Part shown: positions 1 through 9,096 of the stretch, piece after piece | Numbering within the stretch: position 1 is the stretch's first letter | Layout: the number at the start of each line of letters is the position of its first letter | DNA from: Schaalia odontolytica | GTDB taxonomy: Bacteria; Actinomycetota; Actinomycetes; Actinomycetales; Actinomycetaceae | DNA: 32,000 nt | Assembly (NCBI RefSeq): GCF_005696695.1 | Contig: NZ_CP040006.1 | Location: 510,001 to 542,000 of the forward strand | Direction: 5' to 3' | Made by a program: the position numbers and the translations under genes | Notes under the pieces: model-generated | What the model saw: the letters and a program-made list of their open reading frames with translations, nothing else | What the model was told of the DNA's origin: nothing | Databases searched by the model: none

Positions 1-2
1 CC

Positions 3-320
3 CACTTGCGCGTCCTGGATTGTTCTGGTGTGACCTACCAGGTGGGTGACGCGTTCTCACAGCAGCTTGATAATGGGGAGGGTGTTCAGGCTTCTCGACG
101 AGGCCGTGGCCGCCCGAGCAGGCGTCGCAGCTTGAGAAGAAGGCGTAGTGCGGCGGAGGAAGCGGTTGTATCCGGCTGTGATGAGCAGCAGGTTGTAGAA
201 CCGGAGTTCTCTGAGTTGCCCGAACACGAACCCGAGCCGCTGGCGGACACGGACCTCGCCGTGGTCCCGATCGACCCTCGTGAGGTGCTGTGGGCCGTGG
301 AGAAGATGGTCGAGCTGTGA
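3..320 (+). CDS. 3' end of an unidentified CDS entering from upstream of the window (Arg-rich segment, then an acidic C-terminal tail)
   Basis: The frame is open from the window edge to TGA at 318-320. Third-codon positions are moderately GC-rich. No recognisable domain. The TTG at position 6 in the ORF track is probably not the real start. Confidence 0.35.
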   Translation, partial: HLRVLDCSGVTYQVGDAFSQQLDNGEGVQASRRGRGRPSRRRSLRRRRSAAEEAVVSGCDEQQVVEPEFSELPEHEPEPLADTDLAVVPIDPREVLWAVEKMVEL

Positions 321-357
321 CTGTTCGTTGCCGTGTGCAGACGAGGAGGTGTGAACG

Positions 358-714
358 GTGAGGGAAGAACTCGTCGAGGCTGTCCTGCGGGTCGTGGAGG
401 AAATCCCTGCGGGGCGTGTGGCCACGTACGGCATGATCGCGCGAGCGCTTGGTACCGGTCCGCGCGTTGTGGGGCGGATTATGCACGACTGGGGCGGTGG
501 GGTCACGTGGTGGCGCGTCGTGAGCGTTCACGGAACTTTTCCGACAACTGTACGAGGTGAGGGATTTTTCGAGTGGGAACGAGAGGGGATCCCTCACGAT
601 CCGACACGCGGAAAAGTGCTGGTCGCGGCGTGTGTAGTCGAGCAGGACTGGCTGGACGCTGTCGCGCGTTCGGTCCTTGAAAATCTGAGCGATCATGCGG
701 AAATGTCAGACTGA
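358..714 (+). CDS. MGMT-family DNA-binding domain protein lacking the acceptor cysteine (alkyltransferase-like, ATL)
   Basis: 118 aa. The segment IPAGRVATYGMIARALG...PRVVGRIM...VTWWRVV aligns with the helix-turn-helix and active-site loop of O6-alkylguanine alkyltransferases. The PCHRV motif is replaced by TWWRV. GTG start. Confidence 0.7.
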   Translation: MREELVEAVLRVVEEIPAGRVATYGMIARALGTGPRVVGRIMHDWGGGVTWWRVVSVHGTFPTTVRGEGFFEWEREGIPHDPTRGKVLVAACVVEQDWLDAVARSVLENLSDHAEMSD

Positions 715-832
715 ATCATCCTGACATTCGGTTACGATTTGATTACGCGCACAGACATTTGGGTCGCGCGGGACACTGTGATGCTCTACTCTTAGGGGGA
801 CGCCGAAGAAGGCGATTCTCCGGAACAGTGAC

Positions 833-846
833 CGTTAGCGTTAACG
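833..846. promoter_or_regulatory. Candidate LacI-type operator (near-palindrome CGTTAGCGTTAACG centred on CG)
   Basis: 14-bp dyad with 6 of 7 symmetric pairs and a central CG, about 60 bp upstream of the ABC ATPase start. A LacI regulator is encoded in the same cluster. Confidence 0.3.
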
Positions 847-903
847 AAGCCGGGGGAGCAAACTCCAGAAACAGAGAAGTTACTGGTACCCAAGGGGTGA
901 GAA

Positions 904-2421
904 GTGACGAACTTACTAGAGCTAAAGGGGATCTCAAAGACGTTCCCCGGTGTGAAGGCACTGTCCGACGTGGACCTTGACCTTCGACCCGGTGAAGTCT
1001 TGGGTCTCTGCGGTGAGAACGGAGCGGGTAAGTCCACGCTCATGAAGGTGCTCACCGGTATCCACAAGTCCGACCCGGGCGGCGAGATCTGGCTGCAGGG
1101 AGAGAAGGTCGACATCCAGTCGCCGGAGCACGCGCGTGACCTCGGCCTGTCGATCATCCACCAGGAACTCAACATCGTTCCTGACCTGACCGTCGCCCAG
1201 AACCTGTACATCGGTCGACCCGGCACGTCCAAGTTTGGATACGTCGACGACCGCAAGATGGTCCGTGATGCGCGCGAGCTGTTCGAGCGCCTCAACATGG
1301 ACATCGATCCCACCGCCTACTGCCGCGACCTGCCGGTTGCGCGTCTGCAGATGGTGGAAATTGCGCGCGCGCTGTCCTTTGACTCGAAGATCCTGGTCAT
1401 GGATGAACCCACGGCTCCTCTGACCACGACCGAGACCGAGTCCCTGTTCGAGCTGGTGCGCGACTTCGTGTGCCCGACGACCGGCCTGATCTTCATCACG
1501 CACCGCATGCCCGAGCTCACCGAGCTCACCAACCGCATCTCGGTCCTGCGCGATGGCAAGTACATCGGAACGGTGGACACGGCCACGACGCCCATGAGTG
1601 AGGTCGTCAAGATGATGGTCGGCCGCGAGGTCCCTGCGGACGCGCGTCCCACCACCAAGCCGCTCTCCGACGAGGCCGTCCTGCGCGTCGAGCACCTCTC
1701 GACCGTCAAGGCCGTCCACGACGTGTCCTTCGAGGTCAAGAAGGGTGAAATCTTCGGGTTTGCGGGCCTGGTCGGCGCCGGCCGCACCGAGGTTGCCCGA
1801 GCCCTGTTCGGCGCTGACCCCCACACCGCGGGCGATATCTACGTCCACGGCAAGAAGGTCTCGATCAAGGGCGCGAACGACGCCGTGAAGAACGGTATCG
1901 GCTACCTGTCCGAGGACCGCAAGCAGTTCGGCCTGCTCCTCGACAAGGACATCTCTTTCAACACGGGTATGGCTGCGATGGGCCACTTCAGCACCGCGAC
2001 CGTCGTCGCGACGAAGAAGCTGCGCGAGGTGGCCAAGGACTACGTGGCGAAGCTGCGTACGCGCACCCCCTCCGTGGACGTCGAGCTGCGCAGCCTCTCC
2101 GGCGGCAATCAGCAGAAGGTCGTCGTGGCCAAGTGGCTGGAGCGCGACACTGACATCCTGATCTTCGACGAGCCGACGCGCGGCATCGACGTGGGCGCGA
2201 AGGACGAGATCTACACGCTGCTCGAGGACCTGGCGAAGCAGGGCAAGGCCATCATCGTGATCTCCTCGGAGCTGCCCGAGGTCCTGCGCCTGGCTAACCG
2301 CATCGCCGTCATGGCCCACGGCCGCATCATCGGCACCCTCAACAACGAGGACGCCACCCAAGAAAACATCATGGAACTGGCCACCGTCGGCCAGGAAGAA
2401 GCGAACGGAGAAGTCGCGTGA
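904..2421 (+). CDS. Sugar ABC transporter ATP-binding protein, duplicated-cassette RbsA/MglA type
   Basis: 505 aa with two ABC cassettes: Walker A GENGAGKST and a second GLVGAGRTE, and signature LSGGNQQK. GTG start preceded by AAGGGG. Confidence 0.9.
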   Translation: MTNLLELKGISKTFPGVKALSDVDLDLRPGEVLGLCGENGAGKSTLMKVLTGIHKSDPGGEIWLQGEKVDIQSPEHARDLGLSIIHQELNIVPDLTVAQNLYIGRPGTSKFGYVDDRKMVRDARELFERLNMDIDPTAYCRDLPVARLQMVEIARALSFDSKILVMDEPTAPLTTTETESLFELVRDFVCPTTGLIFITHRMPELTELTNRISVLRDGKYIGTVDTATTPMSEVVKMMVGREVPADARPTTKPLSDEAVLRVEHLSTVKAVHDVSFEVKKGEIFGFAGLVGAGRTEVARALFGADPHTAGDIYVHGKKVSIKGANDAVKNGIGYLSEDRKQFGLLLDKDISFNTGMAAMGHFSTATVVATKKLREVAKDYVAKLRTRTPSVDVELRSLSGGNQQKVVVAKWLERDTDILIFDEPTRGIDVGAKDEIYTLLEDLAKQGKAIIVISSELPEVLRLANRIAVMAHGRIIGTLNNEDATQENIMELATVGQEEANGEVA

Positions 2422-3422
2422 GCACCGTCGTCGACAACAAGGGCCTGGAGGCGCCGTCGCCTTTCAAGACCTTCATGAAGAACAATATGCAGCTGATGCT
2501 CGTCACGGTTGCGCTGTTCGTCATCTTGCTGTTCTTCAGCATCGCAGCCAACGGCTTCGCGAAGCCCAACATCTACCTGGACATCGTCCTGCAGTCGGCC
2601 TACACGGGCGTCATGGCGCTGGGCGCGACCTTCGTTATCGCGACCTCCGGCATTGACCTGTCCGTCGGTACGGGCATGAGCCTCGTGGCGGTTATGGCCG
2701 GTATCTTCCTGGCGGGCGACAAGATGAACCTGCCGCTCGGCCTCGGCCTCCTTCTGACGCTGCTGGTTGGCATGGCGATCGGCCTGGTCAACGGCCTCAA
2801 CGTCTCCATCCTGGGCCTGCCGCCCTTCATCGCGACACTTGCGATGATGATGGTCGCCCGAGGCCTGGCGCTGATCATCTCCGACAAGGCCTCGATCACG
2901 ATCGCGAACACCGGCTACAAGGCCATCGCGCGTGGTGAGATCATCCCCGGCGTCGCAAACGCCGTCCTGATCTTCGTGGTCCTCACCTTCCTGGCGACCT
3001 TCCTTATGAACAAGACGCTGCTCGGCCGCTACTCCCTCGCGATCGGCTCCAACGAGGAGGCCACGCGTCTGTCCGGCGTCAACGTCCGCCTGTGGAAGAT
3101 CATCATCTACGTCGTCGCCGGTGCCTTCATGGCCATCGGTGCTGTCCTCTACTCCTCGCGTGGTGGCCTCGTCCAGCCCGCTGAGGGCGTGGGCATGGAG
3201 CTCAACGTTATCGCCGCAGCCGTCATCGGTGGCACCTCCCTCTCGGGTGGCCGCGCCTCGATCCCCGGCGCCCTGGTTGGTGCGATCATCATGGAGACCC
3301 TCAAGAAGGGCCTGACGATGATGGGTATCGCCGCCGAATGGCAGTTCGTCGTCACCGGTATCGTCCTGCTCCTGGCCGTCGTCATCGACAACATTCGCCG
3401 CGTTCGCGAGAACGCCGCCTGA
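2418..3422 (+). CDS. Sugar ABC transporter permease (RbsC/BPD_transp_2 type)
   Basis: 334 aa, multi-pass hydrophobic protein. The GTGA start/stop overlap with the ATPase gene suggests translational coupling. Confidence 0.85.
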   Translation: MSTVVDNKGLEAPSPFKTFMKNNMQLMLVTVALFVILLFFSIAANGFAKPNIYLDIVLQSAYTGVMALGATFVIATSGIDLSVGTGMSLVAVMAGIFLAGDKMNLPLGLGLLLTLLVGMAIGLVNGLNVSILGLPPFIATLAMMMVARGLALIISDKASITIANTGYKAIARGEIIPGVANAVLIFVVLTFLATFLMNKTLLGRYSLAIGSNEEATRLSGVNVRLWKIIIYVVAGAFMAIGAVLYSSRGGLVQPAEGVGMELNVIAAAVIGGTSLSGGRASIPGALVGAIIMETLKKGLTMMGIAAEWQFVVTGIVLLLAVVIDNIRRVRENAA

Positions 3423-3515
3423 TTCTTACCCATTCAATTCACCCATCGTGGACCGACGTCGGTTCACGCACACCAAGGGCGGGAATGACCCCGCCACCCC
3501 ACGAAAGGAAAACCA

Positions 3516-4580
3516 ATGCGCCCCATCGGACGTATCTTCGCCGCCGCCGCCGTCGGCTCCATGGCCCTGGGCCTGGCTGCCTGCACGACTTCGTCGGACT
3601 CCTCCTCCTCGTCCTCCTCCGACGCCAAGCCCAGCGCGTCCTCCGGCTCCGCCAAGGTTGACACCTCCGGCGACATGCAGGATTGGGAGAAGGCCGCGGT
3701 CAAGGGTGACGGCACCAAGACCATCTACCTCGTCTCCAAGGGCTTCCAGCACCGCTTCTGGCAGGCCGTGAAGGAAGGCGCCGAGCAGGCTGGTGAGGAG
3801 CTGGGCTACCAGGTCAAGTTCGTCGGCCCGCAGGACGAGACCAAGGTGACCGAGCAGACCGACCAGCTGAAGTCCGCCCTGGACTCCGGCCCGGCCGCCA
3901 TCGGCTTCGCCGCCCTCGACTCGAAGGCTGCCGCCGACCTGCTCACCGAGATCAACGGCAAGGGCATCCCGGTCGTTGCCTTCGACTCCGGCGTTGAGTC
4001 GGACATCCCCGTCACCACCGTCCAGACGGACAACAAGGCCGCCGCCGCCGAGGCCGCCAAGCACATGATCGAGCTCCTCAAGGGCAAGAAGGGCTCTGTC
4101 GGCATGGTCTGCCACGACGCGACCTCCACCACGGGCAAGCAGCGCTGCGAGGGCTTCAAGGAGTACTTCAAGGCCAACGCTCCCGCCGACCTGAAGCTCC
4201 TCGACGAGCAGATCGCCGGTGAGGTCACCAAGGCCGCCGACACCTCCAAGGCCATCATCCAGGCCAACGACGACATCGTCGGCATGTACGGCTCGAACGA
4301 GGCCGCTGCCTCCGGTATCGTCCAGGGCTCGCAGGAGACCGGCAAGGACGTCACCGTTGTCGGCTTCGACTCGGGCAAGACCCAGATCGACGCCATCAAG
4401 GGCGGCACCGAGGCTGGCGCCGTGACCCAGTCGCCCGTGAAGATCGGCTACTACACGGTCAAGGCCGCTGTCGTCGCGATCAACAAGGGCGAGCTGCCCA
4501 AGGTCATCGACTCGGGCTTCGCCTGGTACGACAAGATGAACATCGACAACGCCGAGATCAAGGCGAACCTGTACGAGTGA
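3516..4580 (+). CDS. Sugar ABC transporter substrate-binding lipoprotein (RbsB/Peripla_BP_4 type)
   Basis: 354 aa. Signal peptide with lipobox LAAC, followed by a Ser-rich tether. Periplasmic-binding-protein pattern (VVAFDSG, VVGFDSG). RBS GAAAGGAAAA lies before the ATG. Confidence 0.85.
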   Translation: MRPIGRIFAAAAVGSMALGLAACTTSSDSSSSSSSDAKPSASSGSAKVDTSGDMQDWEKAAVKGDGTKTIYLVSKGFQHRFWQAVKEGAEQAGEELGYQVKFVGPQDETKVTEQTDQLKSALDSGPAAIGFAALDSKAAADLLTEINGKGIPVVAFDSGVESDIPVTTVQTDNKAAAAEAAKHMIELLKGKKGSVGMVCHDATSTTGKQRCEGFKEYFKANAPADLKLLDEQIAGEVTKAADTSKAIIQANDDIVGMYGSNEAAASGIVQGSQETGKDVTVVGFDSGKTQIDAIKGGTEAGAVTQSPVKIGYYTVKAAVVAINKGELPKVIDSGFAWYDKMNIDNAEIKANLYE

Positions 4581-4648
4581 GCCGATAGCTCCATCGGGCA
4601 CGAGGCCGGGGCTGGGGAAGTGACAAACTGACCTGGTGGCCCGCCGTG

Positions 4649-4698
4649 GGTCCCACTCCGCACCAGTGGGGTGGGACCTGCGGACCCGGCACTTTTTT
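4649..4698 (+). terminator. Possible terminator or processing hairpin after the transporter genes
   Basis: Stem 4649-4660 / 4667-4678 (GGTCCCACTCCG / TGGGGTGGGACC, 12 bp including 2 G-U). T6 tract at 4693-4698, but it sits 14 nt after the stem, which is not canonical. Confidence 0.3.
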
Positions 4699-4769
4699 GT
4701 TCAAAGGATCCGAGGGGGCGAGCGCCCCCGCGCTCCGACATCGACGTCACCATGAGGGATGAAGGAATA

Positions 4770-6533
4770 ATGACAAACCACCCCCGCATCGGAATCCGCC
4801 CCACTATTGACGGCCGCCGCAAGGGCGTTCGTGAGTCGCTCGAAGAGCAGACCATGAACATGGCGAAGTCCGTCGCCGAGCTTTTCACCTCCAACCTGCG
4901 CTACCCGGACGGCAGCCCCGTCGAGGTCGTCATCGCTGACACCACGATCGGCCGCGTCCACGAGGCCCAGGCCTGCGCCGCGAAGTTCCGCGCGAACAAC
5001 GTTGGCCTGACCCTGACGGTCACCCCCTGCTGGTGCTACGGCACCGAGACCACCGACATGGACCCCGCGATGCCGCACGCCATCTGGGGCTTTAACGGCA
5101 CTGAGCGCCCCGGCGCCGTGTACCTCGCCGCCGCCCTGGCCGGCCACGCCCAGATCGGCATCCCCGCCTTCGGCATCTACGGCGAGCACGTGCAGGACGC
5201 TGACGACACCTCCATCCCCGAGGACGTGCGCACCCGCCTCCTCGACTACGCGACCGCCGGCCTGGCCGTCGCGCAGATGAAGGGTGAGGCCTACCTGTCC
5301 ATGGGCTCCGTCTCCATGGGCATCGCCGGCTCCGTCGTCGACCCCGACTTCTTCGGCTCCTACCTCGGCATGCGCAACGAGTACATCGACATGACCGAGT
5401 TCACCCGCCGCATCGAAGAGGGCATCTACGATCACGAAGAGTACGAGCAGGCCTACCAGTGGATCCGCGAGAACTTCAAGCAGGGTAAGGATTGGAACCC
5501 GCCGGAGTGGCAGTACCCCGAGAAGCACGAGGACTGGTGGAAGTTCGTCACCAAGATGACGATCATCGCCCGCGACCTCATGCATGGCAACCCGCGCCTG
5601 GCCGAGCTGGGCTTTGAGGAAGAGGCCGGCGGCCACGGCGCCATCGCGGCCGGCTTCCAGGGTCAGCGTCAGTGGACCGACCACTTCCCCAACGGCGACG
5701 TTCTGGAGACCATCCTCAACACGAACTTCGACTGGACCGGCATCCGCCAGCCCTCCGTCGTGGCCACCGAGAACGACTCGCTCAACGGTGCCTCGATGCT
5801 GTTCGGCTACCTGCTGACCAACACGCCGCAGATCTTCTCCGACGTGCGTACCTACTGGAGCCCCGAGTCCATCGAGAAGGCCACCGGTTGGAAGCCCGAG
5901 GGCCGCGCGGCTGCGGGTCTGCTCGACCTGCGTAACTCCGGCTCGACCACGCTGGACGGCGCCGGCAAGGCCGTGCGCGACGGCGAAAACGTCATCAAGC
6001 CCTGGTACGAGTTCACTGAGGAGGACCGCGAGGCAACGCTCGAGGCCACGACCTTCCACCCGGCCTCGACCGGCTACTTCCGTGGCGGCGGCTTCTCGAC
6101 CCACTTCCGTACCTCCGGCGAGATGCCCGTGACGATGTGCCGCATCAACCTGGTGCGCGGCCTCGGACCGGTCATGCAGATCGCCGAAGGCTACACGGTC
6201 GAGCTGCCCGACGAGGTCGCTTTCACCATCGAAGAGCGCACCAACATCGAATGGCCCACCACCTGGTTCGTCCCGAACCTGACGGGTGAGGGTGCCTTCA
6301 AGAGCGTCTACGACGTCATGAACGCGTGGGGCGCCAACCACGGTGCGATCTCCTACGGCCACATCGGTGGCCAGCTCATCACGCTGGCGTCGATGCTGCG
6401 CATCCCGGTCAACATGCACAACGTCCCCGCGGAGCGCGTGTTCCGCCCCAAGGCGTGGTCGCTGTTCGGCACCGAGTCCCTCGAAGCCGCGGACTTCCGC
6501 GCCTGCGAGACCTTCGGTCCGATGTACCGCTGA
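4770..6533 (+). CDS. fucI: L-fucose isomerase
   Basis: 587 aa from the ATG at 4770 (RBS GAGGGATGAAGGA). Near-colinear with E. coli FucI as I remember it: [86 protein letters not shown]. Confidence 0.95.
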   Translation: MTNHPRIGIRPTIDGRRKGVRESLEEQTMNMAKSVAELFTSNLRYPDGSPVEVVIADTTIGRVHEAQACAAKFRANNVGLTLTVTPCWCYGTETTDMDPAMPHAIWGFNGTERPGAVYLAAALAGHAQIGIPAFGIYGEHVQDADDTSIPEDVRTRLLDYATAGLAVAQMKGEAYLSMGSVSMGIAGSVVDPDFFGSYLGMRNEYIDMTEFTRRIEEGIYDHEEYEQAYQWIRENFKQGKDWNPPEWQYPEKHEDWWKFVTKMTIIARDLMHGNPRLAELGFEEEAGGHGAIAAGFQGQRQWTDHFPNGDVLETILNTNFDWTGIRQPSVVATENDSLNGASMLFGYLLTNTPQIFSDVRTYWSPESIEKATGWKPEGRAAAGLLDLRNSGSTTLDGAGKAVRDGENVIKPWYEFTEEDREATLEATTFHPASTGYFRGGGFSTHFRTSGEMPVTMCRINLVRGLGPVMQIAEGYTVELPDEVAFTIEERTNIEWPTTWFVPNLTGEGAFKSVYDVMNAWGANHGAISYGHIGGQLITLASMLRIPVNMHNVPAERVFRPKAWSLFGTESLEAADFRACETFGPMYR

Positions 6534-6541
6534 TGCAACCA

Positions 6542-6582
6542 CCGGTCGGGCTCGGGTGTCCTCTCTCCCCGAGCCCGACCGG
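6542..6582 (+). terminator. Strong GC hairpin immediately after fucI (terminator, attenuator or mRNA stabiliser)
   Basis: Perfect 15-bp stem CCGGTCGGGCTCGGG / CCCGAGCCCGACCGG with an 11-nt loop, starting 9 nt after the fucI stop. No U-tract follows. Confidence 0.5.
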
Positions 6583-6703
6583 GCTCGCCCCCACGCGGGG
6601 CACAACACCGGGATCCGGCCCCGGCCTCGCCGATGAGGAAAGCCGCACGAGAACCCAACGACGGGACGCGCCGCGCGAGGGCGTTTTGAGCAGGAGACCT
6701 TCA

Positions 6704-8113
6704 ATGACCACCGTACTTGCTGTTGACCTTGGATCCGCATCCGGACGCGTCCTCGCCGGAACGCTGCACGACGGACGCCTCGACGTCACCGACATCCACC
6801 GCTTTAAGCACGAGGCCCGCCGCCGCGAAGACGGCACCCTCACGTGGGATGTGGCCACGATGGAGGCCGAGACGATTACCGGCCTGAAGAAGGCCCTCGA
6901 ACAGTTCCCGGATGCCCGCGCGGTCTCCATTGACACGTGGGGCGTGGATTGGGCTCCCCTCGACGAGAACGGTGAGCTCGTCGGCGACGTCGTCGCCTAC
7001 CGCGACGAACGCACCTCCCGCACCCTTGACGCATTCCGCGATCGCATTGGCGACCGCGAGTTCTTCGACCTGACCGGTAACCAGCCGGCCACCATCAACA
7101 CGGCGAACCAGCTGTTCGCTTACCTGCAGGAAAACCCCGCCGACGCGCAGCGTGTCGCGGCTGCCCTCTTCCTGCCCGACTACTTTGCGTACCGCCTCAC
7201 CGGCGTCGTCGGCTGGTCGCGCACGATCGCCTCGACCTCCGGCCTGCTTACCCCGGGCGGCGGCGACTTTAACGACGAGGTCTTCAACCGTCTCGGTATC
7301 CCGCGCGGCTGGTTCGGTGACCTCGCCGCCGACCGCACCGTTGTCGGCCCCTGCACGGTCCCCGGCCTCGAAACCCTCACCGTCGTGCGCGGCGGTGCCC
7401 ACGACTCCGCGTGCGCCGTCCACGGCCTGCCCATCGAGGAAGGCAAGCGCGCCTACTTCCTGTCCTGCGGCTCCTGGTCCGTCCTCGGCGCCATCGAGGA
7501 TAAGCCCCTCATGAGCGACGCCGCCTTCGACCTGGGCATCACGAACGAGGGCCGCACCGACGGAGGAGTGCGCCCGCTCTTCAACATCACCGGCATGTGG
7601 ATCCTCCAGGAGATTCAGCGCCAGTGGGAGCGCGAGGGCACGCCCACCGACACCGACGAGCTGGTCGCGCAGGCCCGCGAACTGCCCGCCGCGTCCGGTG
7701 TTTTCGACCCCGACGAGGAAGCCTTCGCCACCCCCGGCGACATGCAGCGCAAGATCGACGAGGCCTTGGATGCCCAGGGCGCGGCACGTCCCGACTCCAT
7801 GGCCGGCTATGTGCGCGTCATCATCGAGTCCTTCGCCCGCCGCTACGCCCGTGCCATCGGCGAGCTGACCGAGGCCACGGGGAAGGCCCCCGACCAGCTC
7901 AACCTCGTGGGCGGCGGCGCACGCAACCGCCTCCTGTGCGACCTGACCGCCCAGATCTCGGGAGTCACCGTCGTGCGCGGCCCCATCGAGGCCTCGACCT
8001 TCGGCTCCCTCCTCGCCCAGCTCGAAACCATCGGTGCTCTCGCCGAGGAAGATCGTGCCTCCGTCATCGCAGCCAGTGCAGCAACCCATGTCCACGTCCC
8101 GACCCGCAGCTAA
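6704..8113 (+). CDS. FGGY-family sugar kinase, rhamnulokinase (RhaB)-like; probable ketose 1-kinase of the cluster (fuculokinase role inferred)
   Basis: 469 aa from the ATG at 6704 (RBS CAGGAG). Motifs match RhaB: AVDLGSASGRV, IDTWGVDW, AYRDERT, GSWSVLG, TNEG...NITGMWILQE, LVGGGARN, GPIEAST. Confidence 0.85.
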   Translation: MTTVLAVDLGSASGRVLAGTLHDGRLDVTDIHRFKHEARRREDGTLTWDVATMEAETITGLKKALEQFPDARAVSIDTWGVDWAPLDENGELVGDVVAYRDERTSRTLDAFRDRIGDREFFDLTGNQPATINTANQLFAYLQENPADAQRVAAALFLPDYFAYRLTGVVGWSRTIASTSGLLTPGGGDFNDEVFNRLGIPRGWFGDLAADRTVVGPCTVPGLETLTVVRGGAHDSACAVHGLPIEEGKRAYFLSCGSWSVLGAIEDKPLMSDAAFDLGITNEGRTDGGVRPLFNITGMWILQEIQRQWEREGTPTDTDELVAQARELPAASGVFDPDEEAFATPGDMQRKIDEALDAQGAARPDSMAGYVRVIIESFARRYARAIGELTEATGKAPDQLNLVGGGARNRLLCDLTAQISGVTVVRGPIEASTFGSLLAQLETIGALAEEDRASVIAASAATHVHVPTRS

Positions 8114-9083
8114 GAAGGTCTCGCTCGCCGACATCGCGCGGCGCGCAGGCGTCTCGACCAACACGGTCTCGCGCGTCGTGCGCGGGGACCCTGAGGTGTC
8201 CGAAAAGACGCGCGCGCGCATCGCGAAACTCGTCGAGGAGCTGGGCTACGTGCCCAACTATGCGGCGCGCGCGCTCGCGGCCAAACGCACCAATGTGCTG
8301 CAGGTCGTCCTGGCCGCCCCCATGTTCCACGGACACGGGCGCGTGCTGCTGTCGATCCTCAACGCCTCGTCGCAGGCCGGGTACCACGTGTCCATGTCCT
8401 ACGCGTACGGGCCGGACGGGCAGCTGCGCAACGACTTCGCTCCCTTCGACGTCGACGGCGTCATCATCCTGGGAGGCCAGGACCCGACGATCGACGTTGC
8501 GATTGAATCGGGTAAGCGCTTCCCGACCGTCCTCGTCTTGACGAGCGAAAAGGGCCTCGACGGTATCTCGACCGTCGCTGTCGACAACGTGCGCGGGGCG
8601 CGCCTGGCCACCGAGCACCTGCTCGCCCAGGGGCTCACCGACGTCGTTCACGTCTCTGGTCCCGCCGGTTGGTCGGACGCGCAGATGCGCAGGCTCGGTT
8701 ATGAGCAGGCATGCGCGTCCTACGATATCGAGCCCGTCGTCCTCCAGCCCGACTCGTGGGACTCTCGCGATGGCTACGACGTCATGCGTGCGGCCGGCCG
8801 TCTGCCCCAGGGCATCCAGACCGCGAACGACCAGCTGGCCCTCGGCGCCATGCGCTACATCTACGAGCGCGGGGGAGTGGTTCCGCGCGACGTGCGTGTC
8901 GTCGGCTTCGACGACATTGACGGCGCGGACTCCTACGCACCTCCGCTCACGACGATCCACCAGCCCTTCGATCGCCTGGGACGCACGGCCGTGCGCCTTG
9001 TGCGTTCGCTCATGGGCGGCGGTCCCTCACAGGACATCGTCCTCGACCCCGAGCTGGTCATCCGGGCCAGTTCACACCTGTAA
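8088..9083 (+). CDS. LacI-family transcriptional regulator
   Basis: N-terminal HTH VSLADIARRAGVSTNTVSRVVRG...YVPNYAARALA, then a periplasmic-binding-like effector domain. The ATG at 8088 puts the HTH about 10 aa from the N-terminus and overlaps the kinase 3' end by 26 nt. A start at 8034 is possible. Confidence 0.85.
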   Translation: MSTSRPAAKKVSLADIARRAGVSTNTVSRVVRGDPEVSEKTRARIAKLVEELGYVPNYAARALAAKRTNVLQVVLAAPMFHGHGRVLLSILNASSQAGYHVSMSYAYGPDGQLRNDFAPFDVDGVIILGGQDPTIDVAIESGKRFPTVLVLTSEKGLDGISTVAVDNVRGARLATEHLLAQGLTDVVHVSGPAGWSDAQMRRLGYEQACASYDIEPVVLQPDSWDSRDGYDVMRAAGRLPQGIQTANDQLALGAMRYIYERGGVVPRDVRVVGFDDIDGADSYAPPLTTIHQPFDRLGRTAVRLVRSLMGGGPSQDIVLDPELVIRASSHL

Positions 9084-9096
9084 GAAAGGCACGTTC

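Noticed and set aside
4671-4769. N-terminal extensions offered by the ORF track for fucI (4671), the kinase (6326), fucU (8701), DeoR (9732), E2 (10417), the PHP protein (15959), the MDR (18450) and the symporter (22644)
   Set aside because: The extensions overlap upstream genes, hairpins or promoters. They are Arg/Pro-rich and lack an RBS. In every case an internal ATG with a good RBS starts exactly where homology to the family begins.
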